Below are positions 9,748 to 20,827 of a stretch of DNA of 64,000 nt, piece after piece (the first letter of the stretch is position 1; every line of letters starts with the position of its first letter). Source of the DNA: Azolla caroliniana. Lineage: Eukaryota; Plantae; Polypodiophyta. The stretch spans positions 9,920,001-9,984,000 of the forward strand of contig JBHGNT010000007.1 in the NCBI GenBank assembly GCA_043228905.1, written 5' to 3'. Position numbers and translations under genes: made by a program. The notes beneath the pieces were generated by a model. The model was given only the letters and a program-made list of their open reading frames with translations, searched no databases and had not been told where the DNA came from.

Positions 9748-12700
9748 AATCCCTTAGAAACTGGAAGATCTGTGATGAAATCTAGAGCAATGGATTGTCA
9801 CGGCTTGTTTGGAATTGGTAATGGTTCTAATAAACCATATAGATGATGTCTTGGCATTTTTGCTCTGCAACATGTATCACAAGTCTAAACAAAATCTTCG
9901 ACAAATCATTGCATATGGGACCACTAGAATGATCATTGTACTAAATCTAATGTTTTAGTACTACCAAAATGCCCAACTATATATGTGTCATGACAATTTC
10001 GGACTACTCGAAAGCGAAATGAACCATTAGGAACATACAAGAGTTTCTTAAAGAATAGTAATTCATCATGACATTCAAATTGTCGATAGTCCGTACCTAG
10101 TTGTTGCGATTGTGAACAAGATGGTCGAGAGGGATCAATTTGTGCGAGAATGTCTTGGGCGAAAGCATCTAACTTCAAGTCCTCCTGTATGGTATCGATA
10201 ACGTGGGACTCTAATGGCATACCGAAGACCTGCGTTGCTTGTAGTCGTGCCAGTCCTAGGATTACTTGCTTTTGGTTATCAAAAGCTGGATCGTCGGGAC
10301 GTGGTTCTAGATACGAGCACCGTGATAATGCATCTGCTTTCCCTTATTGCTTTCCTGGATGATATGTAATTTTGAAGTCGAAACGAGTGAAGAATTGGGC
10401 CCACCGAGATTGAGGTTGATTTAACTCACGAGCATTCTGAAAGTAGGCAAGGTTTTTGTGATCACTGAATACGGTGACTTGATGAGAAGATCCCTCTAGA
10501 AAATGCCTCCATTGCGTAAAAGAGTCCACTATTGATAATAGATCCTTATCATGAATTTCATAGTTGATTTCAATGGCGTCAAAGTTGCGTGAGTGGAAAG
10601 CCACAGGATGTAGCTTTTCATCATCGCCTTGTTGTGACAGAATGCTACCCAAGGCAAAATCCGACGTGTTTGCCTGAATGATGAATGGTTTTTCCGGATC
10701 AACATGAGCTAGAATAGGAGCTGATGTAAATGCCTTCTTAAGACTCTCAAAAGTCATGTCCGCATCTTAAGACCAAACGAACGATTGTCCCTTCTTGGTA
10801 AGCTCTATGAGAGGCAGAACAAGCTTTGAGTAATCCTGTATAAACTTGCGGTAGAAATTGGCAAAGCCTAAAAAGCATTGCACACCTCGCAATGAACGTG
10901 GAGTCTGTCATTCTACCACTATTTTTACCTTAGCTGGATCCATGGAGATGCCTTCCTTGGAGATGACATAGCCTAGAAATTCCACATGGTTGCACTCGAA
11001 GCTACATTTTTCTAGTTTTGCATAAAGACCATGTTCTCGAAGCTATTTTACTACTAACAGTACATGAGAATCATGCTCTTCTTGGGTCTTCGAATAAACT
11101 AGTAGATCATCCAAATAGATGATCAAAAAACATCCAAGAGATCTCGAAATATATCATTTGCCATGTGTTGGAAGACTGTTGATGCATTAGTGAGATCGAA
11201 TGGCATGACCATATACTCAAAGTGCCCATATCTGGTACAGAACGTGGTCTTCCATTCATCTCCTAGTTGGATTCGTACGAGGTTATATGCTCCTCGTAAG
11301 TCGATCTTTGTGAAGAACCTTGCACTATTGATCCATTCTAAAATACTTGAGATAAGGGGAAGTGCATACCTATTCCTGATGGTGACCTTATTCAAGCCGC
11401 AATAGTCTAAGACGAGACGAAGTGATCCATCCTTTTCTTTTACGAAGAAAATGGGTGCGCCGGCTAGAGATTTCGAATGTCAAATGAAACCATTTGCCAA
11501 ATTCTCCTCTATATAGGCTCAAAGGACTTCTAGCTCGGTTGGTGACAAATTGTAGATCGGTCCCCATGGTGGCTCTTTTCTCGGTTGTAAATCGATGGGG
11601 CAGGCATACAGTTGGTGGTGAGGAAGCGTATTGGTTTGTACCTTATTGAACATAACGACATACTAACGGTACTTCTCTAGAAGTTGAACTGTGAATTCCT
11701 CTTTAGTAGTGTTGGAAAGTTTTACTAATACCACAAAGACAAACATTGTTTCTTTGCGTCCTTCCTCACGCAATTGATGTAGCGAAATGGTTGCAATCTT
11801 ATGAGTAGATCCTCGGATTTGTCGATACTGGATTTCTCTTGTTCTCCAATCTATGTCTGGGTAATGTAATTCGAACCACGGTAACCCCAAGACAATTGGA
11901 TGATCTGGACTACTAATTATATTAAATGTTACTACACACACCAAGTTATCTAGGACAACTTGAATCGGCTCTTAATCATCTACAATTTTTCCGGAAGCAA
12001 TGGGACGACCATCAATAACTACTACAAATGCTAGGCAAGAAAGTTTTCTTAGGGATATCTGATGAGCTTGGGCAGAATTCCTATCCATGAAACAAGAGTT
12101 GGCTCCGGAATCTAAGAGTGCTAAGAAATGTACTGGAGGAGTACTTTTAGTACTAACCATTACTTGAGCTAAGAACACATTGCTAACTTGCTTAGAGGAA
12201 ATGGAACCATTAATGGGCTCCACGGATCTAGGGTTGTCCAACCAAACGGCTCCTATTTTGACTGGACTTAATCGTTTAACTCTTCTTCTAGTTGACTAAG
12301 GATTTCAAATTTGTTTGAAAGGCTTGGGCTATTAGGACTATTGGACACACCTAGAGAAATAGACTCGGGTTTAGTACTATTAGTACTAGCAGTTTTTAGA
12401 TTTACCTGCCTTCTTGGACGATGGGGATAGTTCACTGCAATATGCCCCGGTCCACCGTAATAAAGACATAATCGATTTGCCCATCGTCATTGCTTTTCTT
12501 CTTCCGATAGGGGTCCATGACGACGTATGGTGTCGATTTCCATTGGAGTCGAAGTATTTGTTGGAGATGTATTAAATGACACCCATGGGAAAGTCTTTGC
12601 TACAACTGAAGCGTACGTGGGCTCCGGTCTTGCCCTCGGCATTTGAAATTGACATTCCGAACGTCGTTCGAAGAGGCGGTTATCGCATCGTACTACTCGA

Positions 12701-13925
12701 CTGATTGCTTCTGTCAATGACTTTGGTTCTTCGGGGAAGATCAAGAGTAAATCCTTGACATCATTACGTAGGCCATAACGAAATTGCTCCATGAATGCTT
12801 GGTCATCCCAAGGGATATTGGAGGCGAGTAGACGGAAATCTGCAACGTATGCGGAGGTTGGATGATCACCTTGACGTAATCGTCGGATTTTGTTGATTGT
12901 TGTCCTTATGCTATCAATATCTCCAAAACAGGCTTTAAACTCACTTATAAACTCTTCAAAATTGTTTAGTAATGGAGATTTCTTTTCTAACAACTGAGTG
13001 AAACATGCCAAAGCTGAGCCACTTAACAACGTGCCTACTAGACCCACTCGTGATGCATCAGTGGGCTATCGGGAAGGATGCATTTGAATGACTAAACGTA
13101 CCTGATTAAGGAATTCTCTAAACTGTGATCGCGTTCCATCGAATTTCATAGGAAAGCTGATCTTGGGTTCTTTATGAATCTCTTGCGTACTTGGTCCTTG
13201 TTGTTGCAACGTTACAATGCTTACTCCGAGCTATTGCACGCGTAACACTAGTTCCCCATGTTGTTGTTGCGTTTGCGGCTTCTCTAAGGAGATTTGTTGA
13301 AGCTCCACCTCGTTGATTTTCTTGTTCCAATGTGAGAAACTTCTCTTTCAAGCATTGCAACTCTGAGAAAACAGATTGATATTCTTAAGCATTAACAGTG
13401 GCCATAGTATGAGAGAAAAGAGGAATAAGAGATTAGTATGAAGGGAGGGAGAAGTAAGAAGATAAAAGGAAGAGAAGGAAGGAGACCAAATAAGGTTCAA
13501 ACTGTCAGGAACAGTACTAAGACAGAGAAGGAATTAGTACTAAAAGATGAGGATTAGTACTAAGGGAGGTGTAGAACTCTCGAGAGAAGGAAAGAGTGAG
13601 TGAGAGAGAGAGAGAGAGAGAGAGAATGATGATAACAAAATATATATATTATGTTAAGACAATATACAATAGTAGATAGGAGGCTTAAGACTGGCGTTGA
13701 ACCAATTTGGTTCGAAATAATGCCTTGTGCCTCCTTTTATAGTGTTCTTAGGAGTACTCCTAAAGTTTCTAGAATGTTCCAGAGAAATCTGGAATATACA
13801 TCTATTTTCTATAGTAAAACTTAAATGAAAATAATATCCTTCGTATTACAATATATAGTCTAATGGTCAAGAGCTCAACCCATGTAACATAAGGTCATGG
13901 TTTCGAATATTGTCATATCATGACA
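9748..13925 (-). mobile_element. Decayed chromovirus (Tcn1-like, family 1): 5' LTR, gag, PR, RT, RH and the start of integrase; interrupted at 9747
   Basis: Fragments homologous to the 19200-24732 element ([27 protein letters not shown]). LTR 13503-13925 matches the family LTR. Confidence 0.92.
13503..13925 (-). repeat. 5' LTR of chromovirus family 1
   Basis: Reverse complement is similar to 19200-19624; TG...CA ends. Confidence 0.9.
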
Positions 13926-14673
13926 GCATATTGTTTGTTGAGTGTGGCTTGTCATTTGTCGGTCTACCCGAAAGTTGCTTCAAATTCGGTAAGAAATGCT
14001 TGGAAGTTGGTCAAGAGGGGCGAAGAGGTCTCCACCAGAGGGGCAAACCAAGCTTGGGCTTGTCCTGTTAGCAATGTGTTGATGAGCCTGACTCGTCGAA
14101 AGTCATCAGAATAGAATTGTGGTTGAAGCTGAGTAATAAGGCAGATTTGGTTGATGAAGCCTCTTAACCGTTATCTCGTTCCATCGAATTTATCTGGCAA
14201 GATAACATTGGGTTATGTGACAAAAGGGTCAATAATTGGGTGAGGTATGACCGTTGTGGTTGCCTAAAGTTCTTAGATGGAGTTTCGCAAGTTTGCATTA
14301 TCATGTTGGAGTTGTTGCAGGGTCGCCAAGTATTGGTCAAGGTTACTAGATGATTCTGACATAATAGGCTATTGAGAAAGAAGGAAAAGAAGGAGGAGAT
14401 TAATCTGTGACAGAAGATGGGGAGATGGGGAAGTTGATGATAATGACTGAGAATATCAGTTCCATGACTAGTGTTGATCTCCTTGATGTTAACAAGGGAA
14501 ATCAACCCTTTTTATACATGTAGTGATGCATGATAAGCATGCTCATTCCAAGTCTTACATACTCAGTCTTACATACTGCTCTTTATACAAAGGTTTATAT
14601 TCTAATGTTTTTTCTAGGAGAAATATATATATATACATGGACCTAAGGCTCAAATGAATCGATGTTCATGACA
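13926..14673 (-). mobile_element. Chromovirus family 2: 268-bp 5' LTR (14406-14673) and a decayed gag N-terminus
   Basis: Minus-strand translation LPDKFDGTR..LRGFINQ...LLTGQAQAWFAPL...FEATFG. TGTCATG...TCACA LTR with a TATA box. Confidence 0.8.
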
Positions 14674-15936
14674 TGTTGTCTCTCCACCGGTTGATTTTCT
14701 TCCGCCATTTCAGTCGTTAGTATCGGCTCGTTTTCTTCTGTTTGCTTTCAGTCCGCAACTGCCGACGTTTCTTGGCTTTCATGCTCCTATGGCTTTTCTG
14801 TTTGCTTCTCACTTTGAGCTTTTCTCTATTTGATTTCTTCTTTGTTCTTTGAGTCCTCATGAATACTCAGATCAATTCCATTAGCGTTGGGTTCTACTAG
14901 CTCCTATTCGGATTAAATTTATCCTTTCTCATACATTTCTATGTCGATGGCGAGTCACATCTACTTGTCCTCAAATTCCTCAATCAACTTCTTAATCTCA
15001 ATGCAGTGACTTTGAGTCAGAAAATAAAATTCCTCCATTAAAACCTCTCGAAGTAAGTTGATGCTAGCCCCGTCCATCTTGTAGAAACCTCGTCCTTCTT
15101 TTCGACGATTCTCTTCATCGGCCCGAAATATCTTTAGTTAGGTTGCTTGTGCCGACCATTCCCTCCATCCTTGGCTTAGAGCTAGCTCAATTTTTTGGTC
15201 CAGTCGTCGCCAATGCTTATCCAATAGGAGCTTAATCCTGTCCTTGTCCATTTCGGCTTTCCACCGAAGTACCTGTACTCGGTTTCCAACTGGTTGATAT
15301 TAGTTGTGGCCGATTGTAACTTAAAGTCATACTGGGCTTTCATCAATTGGAGATTGGTTATTATCTGGTTTTTCCCCTTTTCGTAGGACTTTGTCTGCCT
15401 CTTTAGTTTGCGATCAAGACATTCCTTTGCGTCCTCGTGATCTTGCCGATTTATTTCTAGTTCTTGTTGAAACCATGCCTTCTCTTTTGAGTTGGTCTCC
15501 TCCAATACTTTCAGTCGTATGTTTAATTCTGTCAGTTGTTTATGTTGACACCTGAAGTTGGCAATGAGATCTGTGAGTTCCTAGTGATGTATGTCAAACT
15601 CCTTTTTCTCTTTTACTCATTGAGTGTTTTCTCAAACTCCTGTTTTTGTTTGAGCGTGTTGTCGAATTGATTCTTGAGTTGGGTCTTTTTGTCCCTCACT
15701 TGCCCTAAGTCCTCTTGGAGTTGTTGTATTTTGGCTTCGGCCATTTGATTCAACCATTTAGCTTTTTTGGCTATTGTTGTTTGAGTTTGTAGGTCATTGA
15801 GCAGGTTGACAGTGTTGGGTGTGGCCTCAATAACTGTGTTGGACCCTTTGCCATATGTCTTCAACTTCTTGAAATTGTCGTTCGAGCACTTTGATTCTCT
15901 CTATGGATTCCATCCACCGTTTTACCACCAGCTTGG
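14674..15936 (-). pseudogene. Old relic of the same extra-ORF family as 6352-9321
   Basis: WREWSAQA..IFRADEENRRKEGRGFYKMDGASINLLREVLMEEFYFLTQSHCIEIKKL aligns by eye with WREWAQQA..LRADAENRKKTGDRFYKMDEESIVNIREELSEDFYALAEEHLKEIRGL. Confidence 0.8.
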
Positions 15937-16714
15937 TGATAGATTTTACACTCAAACGTAAACCACAGATATACTGAGACACAAACAAACGAAAAAAAAG
16001 CAACACACGATTTACGTAGAAAACCCAGATTTCAGGGAAAAACCACGCTGAACGAAGATTTCCACTATAAGACAAGAAAGAATACAATCATAGAATGATA
16101 GAACCTGATTTGGTATGGATGTACTCTCAGATTGTTATCTGAAACCACAGTTTCAGCCAAGTGTACCAAACCCTAACTCGTAGGTATCTATCTCCTTCGA
16201 AGCTTTCAAAGCTTCTCTGTTCTGTTACACTCTTCTTTCTTTGCTTCCTCTAACACTTAGTTGCAGAGCTATGTCACTCACTCTCTCACAATCACCATTG
16301 TGTTCGCCCTCAGCTGATTTTCCCTTGCAACACGTTCTCTCACTCTTGTGCTCACAATCGCTCTTACGCGCTCTCTAACTCACAATCATACACTTCTTGC
16401 GCTTCACTCACTATTTTTACTCTTAGTGATTTATCCCACACACATAGGCAGCTAATACCACTATGCTTATATATACGAACCCAACTTTCCTATATATATG
16501 AATATGTATATGTATATATATATATACTCATCCGAACTCCTATTCGGCAAGTTTTTGCTAACAATGTCTCTGTTCAGCATGGTTTGGCTTTTCAGCCGAT
16601 TTTGGCCAACCATGCCGTGTCACGATTCGGCTCTTCGGCTGATTTCGACCAATTGAATCTCTGTTCGGCTTTTCAGCCAACTCCCCCGTAAGGGAGGGAC
16701 AATCTTACATAATA
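15937..16714 (-). repeat. 3' LTR of the Copia element
   Basis: Follows the PPT GAAGGGGGAG. Contains the plant Copia U5 motif GTGGTTTTTCCC...GGGTTTTCTACGTAAA. Ends approximate. Confidence 0.7.
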
Positions 16715-19199
16715 AACTCCCCCTTCACTCCTATAGGGGGAGAGTCAACCAAACCAGTCCTTCGTTGGCATGCAACAAGTTTTTCCATAGATAAGATCTT
16801 AGTAAGTATGTCTGATCCATTTTCGTCAGTATGGATCTTCGCTAGGACAAACTCATTTTCTTTCACTCTCTCTCACAACCAATGATACCTTCTTTGAATG
16901 TGCTTCATAGGAGAGTGAGTGATAGGCAACATTCTTAGCAAGATGGATAGCAATCTGATTATCATAATGAAGTAATAACTTTTCTTGCTTCATTCCTAGT
17001 TCACATAAAAAATCTCGCATCCAAATCAATTCTTTTCTGGCTTCCATTGTAGCCACAACCTTTTGCAATCTTGATTGTCATGACACAAATCCCCCTGAAT
17101 AAGTTATCACATACCCTGATGTGGATCTGTTGGAATCTGCATCACCCGACATATTAGAATATGTGAAACCTTCAAGCATAGGTTTCCCAGAGCCATATCT
17201 GAGGCATACACTCGAAGTACCTTTGAGGTATCTGAGTATCCATTTTACGGCCACCCAATGCTCCTTTCCGGGATTACTCATGTAATGACTAACTGTCCCA
17301 ACAGCAAATGCAATGTCCAGCCTCATGCAGACCATAGCATACATTAGGCTCCGAACAACCGATGCATACGGCACCCTCCTCATCTCTGCCTTATCTTTCT
17401 CAATTTTTGGACATTGTCTTGAATTTAGCTTACAATTTACCGACAATGGAGATCCAACAGATTTTGCATTAAACATGTTAAAGCGTTGCAAAACTTTCGT
17501 CACATGTTTTTGTTGTGATAGCCATAACATGTTTTTAGTCCTGTCCCGAACTATATGCATTCCCAAAATATGTTTTGCTGGTCCTAAGTCTTTCATGGCA
17601 AAAGATTTGCTCAAAGCTTTCTTCAAGCTTGCAATCCTCTTTACATTATGTCCAACAACTAACATATCATCTACATACAACAAAAGAATCAGAAAATCAC
17701 CTTCATCATAGCTCTTCACAAATACACAATGATTGTCTTGTGTTTTGTGGAATCCATGTTCCAACATGAAGGACTCAAACTTCTTATACCATTGTCCAGG
17801 AGCTTGTTTCAGTCCATACAAGCTCTTCCTCAACCTACATACAAGATTTTCTTTTCCTTTCACCTCAAATCCCTCTAGCTGTTGCATATAGATTTCCTCT
17901 TCCAACTCACCATGCAAGAATGTTGTTTTAACATGCAACCGTTCAATTTCCAGATTCATACTAGCAACCATACTCAAAACAATCCAAATGGAGGTCATCT
18001 TCACTACTGGCACGAAAATCTCATCAAAATCAACACCCTTTTTTTGTTGGAAACCTTTAACTACAATACAGGCCTTATACCTAGGTGTACTTCCGTCTTC
18101 TCCAATCTTTAGTTTGTCAACCCATTTGTTTCTGAGTGCCTTCTTTCCATCAGGCAGCTCCATCAGCTCATAGGTGTGGTTCTCATGCAAGGAATCCATT
18201 TCCTCTTGCATGGCATTATACCATTTCTCCTTTTGTACATTAATCATGGCCTATTCATAGCATTCTGGTTCCCCTTCATCAATTAAGAGAATATATTGAT
18301 TGGCTGGATACCGAGAGGAGTTCTTCCTTTGTCTTCGTGGATATCTTCTTCCTCCAACAACTAACTTAGATTCGATTTCTTCTGTCAGCTCATCTTCCAA
18401 CTCAGAGTCGTGTGCATCAGTTTGTTGTTGTGTGTCGGCAGACTCAAATTCGGCTTCATCAGCTGGTTGTTGTTTACCGACCGGTTGTGTGGAAGTGGGA
18501 CTAGTGCCGACTCCATAATAGTAGTCGGTTGAGAAGACGACTTTGTTGTCTCCAGTCTTCAATTATCTTGTCTTCCATGAATATAACATCACGACTTCTT
18601 ATCGCTTTCTTATCAAGGAGATCCCACATCCTGTACCCCAAGAATATGCAAGGCTTGAACTTGTTGTCCAGCTTTGAGCTCTGGTCTTTAGCAACATTCA
18701 CATAAGCCAAACATCCGAACACCCTTAAATGCTGATATGACACACTCCTTCCTGTCCACACCCTCTGTGGGACATCCCCCTTCAGAGGTAGACAACCATC
18801 AACATTGCATCGGCCCAATACGACTTTGGCAATTTTGCATGAGACAACATGCTTCCTACCCTTTCCATTATGGCCCAATTCATTCTCTCTGCTCATTCAA
18901 CGCAGGTGTCTTTGGCACCGTATACTCAAGTTTGATGCCTTGTCTTGCAATACATCTCAAATTGGCCTCTATACTCACCACCATTATCTATTCGAACAAC
19001 TTTCAACTTTTTTCTAGATTCTCTTTCTGCCCTTGCATGAAACTCTTTAAAGACCAACAACACTTGGTCTTTAGACACCAACACAAAAGCCCACACCTTT
19101 CTATTGAAATCATCAATAAATGTGACCAAGTATTTTCCACCACGGTGTGATGGGGCACCCACATAACACACATCTATGTGAACCAGTTCTAAGGCATGT

Positions 19200-19624
19200 T
19201 GTCATGAGATGGCAAGACTCGAACCCATGACCTTATGGTATATGGGTCGAGCTCTTAACCATCACATCATCTATTGTAATTCATAAGATATTATTTTCAT
19301 TTATGTTTTATTATAAGAAAGTAATGTATATTCCAGATTTCTCTGGAACATTCTAGAAGTTTCAAGATTACTCCTGACAACACTATAAAAGAAGGCACTA
19401 GGCATTATGTCGAACCAAATTGGTTCAACGCTGGTCTTAAGCCTCTCAGTCGCTTTGTACTTATCTTTTCACATAATATATTAGCTGTTGTCATCATCTT
19501 TCTCTCTCTCTCTCCTCTTCTCACTTCCTCTCTTGGGAATCTTACGCAGTCCCGTCCTCTTAGTACTAATAGTATTGCTCTTCTTAGTACTAATTCCATC
19601 TCTGCTTTAGTACTATTTCTGACA
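19200..19624 (+). repeat. 5' LTR (425 bp)
   Basis: About 14 mismatches against the 3' LTR by eye, nearly all transitions. Confidence 0.97.
19211..19270 (-). promoter_or_regulatory. Antisense tRNA-like A/B-box module in U3 (also at ~24301-24360, ~59910-59970 and, degenerate, ~13856-13914)
   Basis: TGGTGTGATGGTTAAGAGC...AAGGTCATGGGTTCGAGTC (3' LTR copy); A box to B box 44 nt; AGGTC variable-loop motif. Confidence 0.6.
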
Positions 19625-19697
19625 GTTTGAACCAATTTATCCTTTCCTCCAGCCTACTTGTCGTTCTCCCTCATCCTCCTACCCTTTTCCCTATACT

Positions 19698-20827
19698 ATG
19701 GCTACTGTTAGCGCCCAAGAATATCAATCCGTTTTCTCCGAGTTACAGTGCCTAAAAGAAAAGTTTGTTGCCCTGGAACAAGAAAACCAACGGTTGATAG
19801 GGGATCTGCAACAAATCGCTCTCGAAAAACAACAAACGCAACAACAACATGGGGAGTTAGCATTACGGGTACAACAACTCGAAGTAGCGTTGCAACAATA
19901 AGGATCAAGATTGGACTTCCTGTGAAATTTGATGGAACACGATCGCAATTCTGGGGATTCCTTAATCAGGTACGCTTCGTCATACAGATGCATCCTTCCC
20001 GATATCCCACTGATGCATCTCGAGTCGGCCTAATAGGCACGTTACTTAGTAGCTCAGCCTTGGCATGGTTCGCTCCGCATCTAGAAAAACAATCACCCTT
20101 GCTTAATAACTTTGAAGATTTTATTGGTGAGTTTAAAGCCTGCTATGGAGATACCGACAGCATCAGGACGGCGATCAACAAGATCCGAAGATTGCGTCAA
20201 GGCGATCGTCCAGCCTCTGCCTACACGGCGGATTTCCGTCTACTCGCCTCAGATATTCCCTGGGATGATCAGGCCCTCATGCAGCAGTTTCGCTACGGCT
20301 TGCGCAATGATGTCAAAGATCTGCTTTTAACCTTCCCCGAAGAACCAAAGTCTCTTACGGAGGCAATCAGTCGAGCGGTCTAATGTGACAACCGCCTTTT
20401 CGAACGGCGTTCCAAGCGTCAGTTAAAAATACCACGCTCTCGGCCGGAACCCACATACGCCTCAGTCACGTCTAAACCGTTTACACACGATGTACCTCAA
20501 GCCAATATTCCAACACCGATGGAGATCGACACCATGCGTCGACGCGGCCCGTTATCTGAAGAAGAAAAGTAACGACAACGTGCCAATCGATTATGCCTTT
20601 ATTGCGGTGGACCAGGGCATATCGCCATCAATTGTCCCCATAGGCCAAGAATACAGGTAAATCAAATCGTCGCCTGTACTAAACCCGAGTCAATTCTTCC
20701 CTTCGGAGTGTCTGATAGTATTAATAGTACTAATAGAGTGTCAGATAGTATTCATAGTACTAATAGCCCAAGTATCTCAAACAAATTTGAAATCCTTAGT
20801 CAATTAGATGAAGAGTTAAACGATTGA
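19698..20827 (+). pseudogene. gag: Chromovirus gag with CCHC zinc knuckle (stops and a small deletion)
   Basis: LPVKFDGTRSQF, LRQG, PMEID, CLYCGGPGHIAINCP. Confidence 0.9.

Noticed and set aside
19211-19270. Functional tRNA gene
   Set aside because: No acceptor or anticodon stem can be formed. Only promoter boxes and T-arm features remain (same for 1441-1498).
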